Positions 54,470 through 64,000 of a DNA stretch of 64,000 bases are shown piece after piece. The notes under the pieces are model-generated. The model saw nothing but the letters and a program-made list of their open reading frames with translations. It was not told the origin of the DNA and searched no databases. Made by a program: the position numbers and the translations under genes. Location: positions 682,001 to 746,000 of the forward strand of contig OU015567.1 of NCBI GenBank assembly GCA_907165135.1, in the 5' to 3' direction. This DNA is from Oikopleura dioica. Its lineage: Eukaryota; Animalia; Chordata. Position 1 is the stretch's first letter, and every line of letters begins with the position of its first letter.

Positions 54470-56279
54470 GCAAGATGTTTTATTTCATTTTCAGCCTTCT
54501 TTTTCGGCAGTTTCGCAAATCTGATTGTTTTCTTTGCACTTGTTTCCATGAAGAACAAATCTCCCAGGCAGGAGTCAATGATTTTAAAAGCAAAATTAAC
54601 TGAAACGATCAAAAATTGATGCATTCCTTTTCAAACGATCGACTCCATTGAAGCGAGGTCTATATTCTTCATCTGGTACGTCGAGTTCAAATATTTGATT
54701 CATACATTGCATGACAATTAAGACACTAACGGACATCTTATATGTCTGTTCACTGCCGCTTTTCGCCATTAGCGCCTATCTCGAATTTACTTGGATCTTT
54801 GGCGCGTTTCTTTGCCGCCTCAATGCGTTTTTATTCTACGTGGGCATGTTTGACAGGAGTTTAAAAAGACGCGTTTATTTGCAAGTTTCAAAATTAATCG
54901 AAGAAAAGTCAAGTGAACTCAATGAAAGCCATGTCATTTTTTATCTCAAGTTTATCACTGGAAAGATGTTCAACTCTTCGAAATTCATTCGTTAGAAAAT
55001 CAAAAACGAGCCTAGTCCATCAGACTGGAAAAAAGTCGCACAAAATTATCATCTTCTTTTTATGGCTTTTGGCGATCATAGGCTAGGGTGGGCATAATTT
55101 TGTCCGTCGGAGTACCTTGGCCAATCAAAATCAAGTATTTTTTCTATCAGCGAATCAAAATCGAGCATTTCTACTGTCAGCCAATCAAAATCGAGGATTT
55201 CTTCTTTAAACAAATCAAAATCGAGGATCTCTTCTGTAAGCCAATAAAATCGACAATTTTTTCTTTCGACCAATCAGACGCCAGAAAGCTACCTTGAAAG
55301 GGTGTCCTTTGTCTTGAAAACCCCCGATCCTCCGAACATTTGCCCACCCAAGATCTTAGGAGCCCTGCCGATATATTGGTATACAGGTTCTCCAAAGTTA
55401 CTCCATTCATGTCAAAAGATCATTCAGACACTATTTCTACGTCGCGTGAAAAATGCATCGACGGCACTTGCAGAAATGTGACCATCACGAGAGTAAGAAT
55501 ACATTTTCAATTTCTCCAGAATTTACCCCTCGATAAGTGCATACCAAATTTCGACGAGAACCTGACCGCGTTGACAACCTTTTCGGCCATCAGAATTATT
55601 GGTGGTTTTCTCATTCCGTTTGTTGTGTTAATTGTCGCCAATTCATTATTGATAACCATCGGTAAATGGACGAAACTGACCAAGCTATTGAGAATTTTAT
55701 TTATCTAGTGCTCCAGCTCAAGTCAGAGGTATCGGCCCAATCTGTTGTCGCCAAACGAAAAGGTGAGATCTTATTCTCTTAAAATCGGCAAATACAGTAA
55801 TAACATTAATTCAAATCTAAGCAATATTGGTCTGCCTTTTGATAGTTGCTGTTTTCTTCGTCACGTGGTGCCCAAACCAAGGATCGGTTACCAGGCCTTC
55901 TTCAATCAACCTTTGATTGAGTCCCTTGTAAGAAACGTCTTGTTAACTGGATTCAGTAACATACACGCTAATAACAATTCCTGTGATCTACAACTTCATC
56001 GTTCCAGAAGAAAACATGATCGGCCTGCCTTCCATCATCCCCTTCATGCACATCATATCGACCTGCTTCCTAATCTTCGGCTCCTGCATTAACCCCTTTC
56101 TCTACGCCCTCTACGGCCGGAAGATCAAACGCGCAGTGATAGTCGTCTTGGCCAAAATCGGCTTCAGGTCGAGAATACAAAGAGACGTCAAAGTTCTTGT
56201 TCTTCAAAAAGAAGAAGCGATTTCCAAAGGAAACTCGAATTTTGCCCTGGTCAAAAGTCAATCATCAGCTTCTGTATAA
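54470..56279 (+). CDS. Class A (rhodopsin-like) GPCR, multi-exon; N-terminus unresolved
   Basis: TM1 FGSFANLIV, TM2 VYILHL/TLTDILYVCSLP, WIFGAFLCR, TM3 SLSLERC, TM4 WLLAIIG/ALP, TM5 GFLIPF, TM6 TWCPNQ, TM7 SCINPFLY. Confidence 0.85.
55083..55352. mobile_element. 270-bp CT...AG element with 8-bp TSD inserted in GPCR TM4, forming a precise GC-AG intron (55082-55359)
   Basis: Termini ctagggtgggca / tgcccacccaag. TSD ATCATAGG (55075-55082) and ATCTTAGG (55353-55360). Internal array of about 30-bp units. Confidence 0.8.
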
Positions 56280-56366
56280 ATTTTGCACAGTGTATATTTT
56301 TTAAAATTTTGCAAGTTTAGTAATGAACTTTTGAACAAAGAATTTCAAATTGGTCGTTTTTTATTT

Positions 56367-57909
56367 TCATTTCTTCAGAGAAGACAGTCGTTCGTGGAAG
56401 AGTTTTTCGATGAGAGAGTAGATTTCCATTTCGTATTTCTTAAAATATTGTCTGAATATTCCGAAAACCGTTAAAAAGAATAGAATTTCCCGGTTTTTAG
56501 TCAAAGAAAATCAAATTCTCGAACAAATAGTCTGAATTTTCCGAACTAAACCAATTAATGAAAGTGGACCAATAAAATTGCTCTATTTGGCCTACCGGCC
56601 AATCAAAACCCTTATCCATAAAATCACTTCGATAAATTGGTTTCACCCAATTTCTTCTTCAACTTACAAGAATTCCATGTTCCAAAGCTTCTCTCGTCTC
56701 ATTTGAGTAAACCGCCTTGATCTTCGACTTAGATTTGCTTCTCTTCTTCTCAATCGCCGGATTTTTCATCATCTCCCTCGCTCCATCAAAATACCCAGGA
56801 AGAATATTTTCCAGGATTTCGAGCGTTTCGTCAAATTTTTCCAAAAGGCCGACGAAGAAAAATTCACGGAGAATGTTTTTCTTTGCGATTTCCGCCGAAA
56901 TTGCCACCTTGCTCCATTTCGTCTTGCCATGAGAAGAGTGCTTGTTGCATTCGTCGGACGTTCCGCAGAAGTATTTCACCATCACTTGGAGAGCGTCTGT
57001 GCATTCAGGAACGGATTGTTTGACGCAATCGTCGAGGGACCGGTCGAGATCTTCTGCCGAACCGTGGAAGTTTGTCCTACTGCCGGATTTTCCCATGCTC
57101 CAACTTAAAAAGGGCTCAAAATTGGGGATGGAAAAGCGCGGCTAGTTTGGTAAGGGATACCCTTATTTTTATCTTTTTTGAAGTTATTCTGTAATATTTA
57201 TTGACAATTTGAGACTATCCATTATTATTTAAAGCGGGTAATTAATGAGCCCTTCCCCGAATCGCTGGAAATAATATCTTGACGCGAAGCGAGTGACTGG
57301 ATTTCTCGCTACGTTTATAAACGTCGGCATAGGCAGATCGAACTCCGTAAAATTAAACCAATGATGATGCTTCAGCAAAATATATTTTCTTCCTTTATTC
57401 TTCTCCAGCGTCTTTCGCATGTAATTTGCGAAATCGCGCCGACCATTCGGCCCATCGTCGCGGTAAGGCTCGTAGCAGTCGTCTTTGTGGATGCAGAATC
57501 GTTGGTGGTCCAGTTTGAAGTTGTTTCGTTTTTGTAGATGGCTCATCAGCCATTTCATCGTTGTTGAACCCGACTTTGGCAGTTTGTTGTGGAAGACGAA
57601 CATTCCATTTGGCGGCCTATAAAGGAAATTAGTTGGATTCGTTCTGGATTCTTTCATTATTATCAGACAATACCTCGATAAGCCTGGAAATCGAAAGCTT
57701 AGTTCTTCATCGTCCTTTTTCTCTCCATCAAAATTAATCTCGAAATTCTCCGCCAGCACATCATCCCCCGAAAATTCTTCCGAAAACTCCAGCTCATCAT
57801 TTCTCTCCTCATTTTCGCCCCTAACATCGCCTTCTCGCTTGAAAAGATAAAATTGCAAGAATAAAAGAAGAACAACGGAAGCTAGAATTCTTTGCGGAAG
57901 AGGCCTCAT
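56367..57909 (-). CDS. Uronyl/heparan sulfate 2-O-sulfotransferase-like type II membrane protein
   Basis: N-terminal TM, FHNKLPKSGSTT, FINVARNPVTRFASRYYF, YFCG, AKKNILREFFFVGLLE, YEMEIYSLIEKLF. Confidence 0.8.
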
Positions 57910-58374
57910 TGAGTGCTTTCATTAGTAATTCAAGTGAGAATGCCGCATGTTTTTATCGAAACATTTCAGTGCATTTTTTATGTGAAAGGGCCGGGGGCGG
58001 AACCTGCGGATTACGGCAAAGCAAGTGTCGCTAGAATTCCTCATCGCGGCTTTTCAGATGAAATTTGAAATATGAGAATTTTTTTTGTTGATTTCTCGAC
58101 AAAAAGAGCATATTTATTCATCTCATTTACAGTGAAGAAAAAGATAGAAAAGAAATGAAAAAGAGCTGATAAGTATGAATTTATCTTGAAAAAGCCCAGG
58201 AGCTTCAGGACCTGAGCTTTGTTCATCGATAAATGTAGAAATTTCTAGCAGGAAAAAGCGAGGGAAAAAAGAGAGAAGAAATCATCAAGCTTTTGATTTT
58301 TCTTCTGAGTCACATTGTTTGTACAAAGAGTTTTACTTGTATTTTCATTCGTTCGTGTTAGATGATTTGGAGAC

Positions 58375-59621
58375 TTAGAGCAGGCAGCCCATGGCGTGGA
58401 ACTTCTTGTCGGTCAAAAACTTCTTTTGTCGATGAAGCATTTTAACGGCCACGCTTGGCCGCTTCATTTTTCTTGCTCGTCGTTCTTTCTTTGTTTCTCC
58501 AGGGACTTTGTCCGCTAGCGAAATGCCGTCCATGCAGACGTACGCGTAGTGGAAGGTCCTGATCGAGTCGACAAAGTTTCCAAGGGCGGCGCAAGGGTCG
58601 GAAAAGTCGGTTGTTGGTTGCATGAAATCATCGCCGGTTCCGGGCATCGCCTTTTTTGTGCACGGTGGGTCGACGGAGCTGTGGTCCTTCATCCAGACGA
58701 ATCGTTCCATGATTTTTTGCATGTGGGCTGACTGAAAGAGAGGGTTAAAATGAACTTTATTGGAAGAAGCAGATCGTTAATGACAAAAATAAGTTGGAAA
58801 AGGTACCTTTTTGTTCTGGATATGATCTTGTCGATGACCATGGCCGTTGAAGACCTCAGTCTTCAAGTTTTCAAACGCGTTGTTGATCATATTCCAAGCG
58901 AGCACATTTTCCGGCAGGTCGATGAGAGTGAAGGTAGCAGTGAAGCCCCGGTGGACGACGGTGTTTTCGTTTGTTTTGAAAACGAGCGTCATGTCCTCGC
59001 GAGTCCCGAAAACAGGCTCAACTTCGATCGAGTTCGACTTGGGATCGTTTCCGCAGTATCTGGCGAGCTCGGCGTTTCCGTCAGGGCCGTTGATGATGAT
59101 GGCCGCGTCCAAGTTGCACTCGCCGTTGACGTCGGCTTCTTCAACGTCGAAATTTGCGAAAGAGACGGAGATTGACTTCTTTTCCGGGACGGTGACGTAG
59201 ATTCGGTAGTACTTGTTAGGCAAGTATCGATCGTAACCGCTCGCATCGGGGAAGACGGGAACGGACCAGGAGGCGGTGGGATTGTCGGCGTCGAGGGTGA
59301 AGGCCTGGTAGTCAGTGACATCAGCGGTCCAGATTCGATCCTCAGAGAGGGCTGTTTCGTCGCCCAGACGGGCTGAGGCAAGAGCAGCAAATGACCAGGC
59401 AAGCTAGATTCAAAATTATTTCTCTACTCAACGATGTTTATTTTCCTGACACTTTTGAACAGGAAAAAATTACGAATAAAAATACGACTCTATGATGAAA
59501 AATGTCAAAAACATTATTTTCAAAACATTTCTTCATATTTTTACATGTATCTCTTGATCTGCTTGTAGAATACGAAAAATTAGCGTGGGAAAAACACGAA
59601 GGAAATCGATCTTACCTTCAT
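58375..59621 (-). CDS. Secreted CUB-domain protein
   Basis: Micro-exon ATG AAG/GTAAG at 59621 joins LAWSFAALASA to give a signal peptide. CUB-like ISVSFANFDVE..C..D...RYCG...LVFKTN..VHRGFTATF. Confidence 0.7.
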
Positions 59622-60665
59622 TTTCTGGAAGTCTCTTCAAAAAATCAATTTTCCGAACGAAGAAAAAGTATGATGACAAAAAGCGGACGCAAATGCATTT
59701 AAATAGAGCGCTACGTGTTTTTAATAAAAACTACAAGGCGCCCGAACAAATTTACGCGGTTTTTAGCAATAACAGACCTTAATGTTCACGATCACAATAA
59801 TTGCTAATTCTCGTGAATGCTCAGTTTACATTTGAGACAACGTGTGGCGCTTCCTGGCGAGTTTCTTTTTTAATTGAAGCGCTTTTTTCAAATTCAATTA
59901 GTAATCATGCTCTTTAAGACTTATTGCTTCGAGTTTATAACGGTCTAGATTTGATAATTCGATACCACCGTAGATAACGGATATTACAAAGTAGTTTTCT
60001 GCTTTGGTAAAATTTATTTACTTTGATTGAAAGAAGAAAAGTGCTCTCAGTAGTAAGCATTATCTGTTTTCATTTTTAATTGAAGATAATTTACAGTTTT
60101 TCGCTCGAAAGAATACCAACTCGTCTTCCCGATTCCAAAAGACCTCGACCGGCAAGGCAGATGAAAAGGGGAGGAAAAGCGGGTTTAACGGATTCAAGAG
60201 CTTTAACGTAGTTCTGTTTCGGAAAGTTGGAGAACTTAAGTTTTGGGTTCGAAAAGAAAGGGGTTGGTTATGGAGGGTATGTACAAATTTAAGGTATATT
60301 CTGCAGATTTATGATGAAATAACAAGCTTTATCTCTAAAAGGAAGGAGGTTCTGAGGGGATCAGGTGACTTTTTTCCGGGCTCAGGACTCTTCTCTGAGT
60401 CAGGAGCCTATGAACTACAGATTCTGAGAAACCTGAGTTATTGACCCTGAGTCTGGGTTCCATAAAAGAAGTCCCCTTTAGGAGCCTGATTCTTTTAGAA
60501 AAAGAGCTTGTTTTTTCTACGAGGTGTTTATAGTGCTTCGGGAAATGCAATTCGGATACACAAACGCTCGGATTTACGAGTGTTTGTGACGAAAACATTT
60601 CCGTATTGTCGAATTTACGAAAAGAAATAAAGAAAAAAATAGTCATGGTAAAAAAGCTAAATAAA

Positions 60666-63600
60666 TTATGAAGCAGCAGTTGGGGTCACGATCGAGTCGC
60701 TTGTCGGCAGTGAAGTGGACTCGTGCAAAGATCCGTTTTCGGAGCATTTCTTTCTTCTGAACAGCTCTCGCCAGAGTGCCGCTGCGAGCAGAAAAGCAAG
60801 GAGCTTGACGCCGATCGTCAAGCCGAAGTAGATGTAGCGGAAAATATCGGGACTGGAAAATCAATCATTATCAGTTTTGCGAGCAAAGAATACCTGTAAA
60901 TTGCGCACGCGCCTGTATCGTCGTCGCATTCAGAAGCAGTATTGTCCCAAAGAATGCAAGCCATATCAATAGCGGCGCCAAAATACATGGGGGCCTACAA
61001 AATATCATTATTTTGGTAATGAAATGCGAACTTACGGGAATATAAGCAAGCAGTCGCATGATGAGGAACTGGACACCCATCGCCAGCGGTCTTTCATCAT
61101 CTGCGCAGCAACGGAGGGTAATCATAATCGCAGGAGTCTGGGCACTAGCAGTAACGCATGTTACGACAAAGACGAAGACGAGGAATGGCGCCATCATGTG
61201 GAAACAGTCCTTTTCACAAGCGCCTGAAAGGATGATCAGTTTTATCATATCGAAAGAGGCGTACCAGTGGGTATCGATGGCGCAGCGGGATTGCCAAGAC
61301 AGGCGCAATCAGCAAAGGAGCCATTGACTGACATCTGGCAGCCGGCAAGACAGGGGTTGACGAAAGTCACGTGCTCGTAGCACAGCGGTTGATAAACGCC
61401 GCTACAATCGCAGTTTTGATTGCATTCGGCGAGCGGCAGCTCCCCATGATCGCTAATCGTATCGCTCTCTATTCGAATCGGTAAAAAAGCGGTAAAGAAG
61501 AGTCCTTTCTACCTGTAGGATAGTCGATCGTGACGCCTGCGATAGGGGCGCTTCCGCATTTCAGAAAGAAAACAGGAATGATCAGGCAAATCGAGAGGAT
61601 CGAAGTGAAAGTGGCCATTTTCGCACAGCCGACCATGTCCAGATCGAAGCGACGGATCAAATACCCGCCCAAGACGATGCCAAGTCCGGCGGCTGAAAAA
61701 TAGAAATAAGCAACTTTCGTAACTAATGAATCCAAAGAGAAAAAAAAATTACAGGACTTCTTACCTGGCAAAAGAACGCCACCACAGAGCAAAGCAGAAA
61801 TTGAAGAATCGATGGAGAACTGTTCTTGAAGATATTTCGGCATAAAAGTAAGGAATGAAACGACGATTGTAAACTCGCAGCACATTGTGAGAGTCACCAG
61901 GGTGAAGGCTTTGTTTGACAGTTGTTTGATTAGGTTTCGAGGCAGATCTACCAAGAGGGGTTCAGAACGAAAGGAATAAGATTGAAAATTACCTTTTATA
62001 GAATTCCCAAAGCTCATCTGTGAGCTTGTTGTCGATTGATTGATGAGTTCTTCGTTCAATTCAGAATTCTCCGACGAGTTGAGCTCGACGATATTGCTAG
62101 GGTGGGTTTTGAATTTAATCGGGCAATCTTGGTCCTGCTCTCTCCCTGATCTTGAAAACATAAACCAAACATATCATACATGTATGGATAGAGCTTTTCA
62201 AGATCTAGCAACTCTGCATTGGAATTCCAAAAATATCAAATATAATCAGTTTTATCGGAGTTTTTCCTTCAAAACTGGGTTGCATTTTTGAAAATTGAAC
62301 AGTGCGAGACATGAATTCAGATTAGATTTCAACATTTTTAACGCCTGAAAACCGGTAATTTTTGGCTGATTTGTTATTCAAATGCAGAGTTTATCAACCT
62401 GTGGGAGATCGAAAAGGATCTGATTGTTAATTTTGGTGAAAACCGGCAATTCAGATAAAAATCCGTATGCAAAAACCGGGAATTTCTATAGATTTCGGAA
62501 ATTCCAATGCAGAGTTTGTAGAGCTCAAAAAGCTCTTTCCAACCATGTGTCATATGTTGGAGGTTTATTAGAAAAGTTCGGAGCTACAGCCAAAGAAAGA
62601 TTGCCCGATTAAATTCAAAACCCACCTAGGCGGCTGCTTTTTGAACAGAAACATGGGAAGCAAGCTGAGGAAAACGAAAACAGCGGCGATAAAGTATCCA
62701 AGCCACCACTGACCGACCCATCTTGTATCGGCTGGGCTGACGGAAGGCTCTTGAAACGGATCTACCCAGCGGTTTTCGACTAAATAGAAGATAGAAAGGC
62801 TGGTTTGATTGTAAAAATGCAGTAACTTGAACTACTCGGTCTTAATTGTGGAGTGTTTATGCAACAATTTCAATTGTTTCTAATTCAAGCGTTATCTTGA
62901 TTTCGGGAAATTGTCGGAATAAAGTCTGCCGAGCCGTTAAAAATAATCGAATTCCAGTTTGTTGAATAGAAAAATTTGAGTAAACTGTTAACTCATTTTC
63001 AAGTAGACTATTTCTCCTGGGTTAACGAAGCTATCACACTATTTTTGGTAAATAATCGATTGTTATGCATTAAATATTTGTTACTCTCTTTCTTACGAAA
63101 TCGAGACGAAGTTATTAAAGAGAATCTCGTAATTCAGTTCGATTTGCATACCCCCCCCCCATTACCTTGTGAAGCAAGAACATAACCAGCTGCTGGTCCA
63201 ATCGCTCCAACAAGATAGACCACCGAAACATAAACAGGCGCAGATCTCACTGGAGCAGCGTCGTGGACATAAGTCGTCCCTAAAATCCAATAACAGTCGG
63301 GGCCTTCGCCGTTCTTTTACCTAAAGTGTAAATGGGACTTCCACCCATGCCAATGATCAAATTAGCGAGCAGAAAAATGAACATGTAAAGCGAGTTCTTT
63401 GGGCCGACGTTAAGACAGTCGTCTGGATTGAAAACCGAGTAGTTTGACTGGCACAGGTCGCCGTCGATGCTGTTTGGGTCCGACCCGCTGGGCTGGTACA
63501 GACCCGAAATCAGCTGCGGAAGGGTGAAGAGGAGGGAACCCAGGACGACGAGGAAGCCGCCTCCTGCCACCTAAAGAATGCGTTTTTAGGAAAATGTTCA

Positions 63601-63977
63601 AAAAAGAAGGAAACGAACCCATCTGGGACGATTGCCGCTCCCACCAAACCAAGAGACGAAAACGACGGTGCTTAAACTTCCAATATCGCCGGCGGAGATA
63701 ATCGTCCCGATTTCAGAAGATCTGAGGGAGTATCTTTGTTCTATCGAAGTTGAGACTCCAGCTGTGTAGCCAGAGCTAACCATCGACTGAAAAGAGAGTT
63801 GTCAAAACCCTAGAGGAATTTGAAGATTCTTACCTGGAAGAAAATATACATCGAAAAGCAAACCAAAAAGCCCTTCGCCGTAAAGAATATCCTCCTCAGC
63901 TTCTTGAAGGGAGCAAAACATCTGCAGCAAAGAAATCGTCGCCATTTTGATTCGCCTTTGCCGATATCTGACAGCAT
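60666..63977 (-). CDS. SLCO: Organic anion transporting polypeptide (OATP/SLCO), multi-exon
   Basis: STSIEQRYSLRSSEIG, NRPRW, GSPIYTLG, RWVGQWWLGY, FMPKYLQEQF, Kazal-like CECNQNCDCSGVYQPLC, ITLRCCADDERPLAMGVQFLIMRLLAYIP. Confidence 0.92.
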
Positions 63978-64000
63978 AACGCTCTGAAAACGAAAATATG

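Noticed and set aside
55361-55430. Apparent frameshift after GPCR ALPIYWYT
   Set aside because: It is explained by a 32-nt CAG|GT...AAAAG intron that restores the frame into DHSDTIST, so it was not taken as evidence of a pseudogene (unverified).

Overview
Compact, gene-dense, AT-rich eukaryotic (animal) genomic DNA. It has many 30-70 nt introns and at least nine GA-AG/GG-AG introns inferred from reading-frame restoration. That pattern, together with CUB, ShKT and Cys-rich/kelch secreted-protein families, points by inference to a larvacean tunicate such as Oikopleura. About 27 intron-split genes can be reconstructed, including a pancreatic-type lipase, NVL, an FKBP6-like PPIase, a WD40 protein, an HS3ST-like sulfotransferase with a nested antisense RING gene, creatine kinase, a PTPN9-like phosphatase, two TMBIM-like paralogs, DUF1295, TRA2-like, a class 3 lipase, an HCN-like channel, a class A GPCR, a UST/HS2ST-like sulfotransferase, a CUB protein and an SLCO/OATP transporter. 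More than 20 non-autonomous inverted-repeat elements are present, with TTAA, 8-bp or 9-bp target-site duplications (TSDs), and no transposase ORF was seen. The most striking signal is a class of CT...AG-terminated elements with 8-bp TSDs. Two of them sit inside conserved coding sequence (GPCR TM4 and the NVL AAA D1 helix) and can only be tolerated if spliced out, so they are candidate Introner-like intron-generating transposons. No rRNA, tRNA or CRISPR array was recognised. Gene models are hand-spliced, and boundaries flagged as approximate are uncertain.
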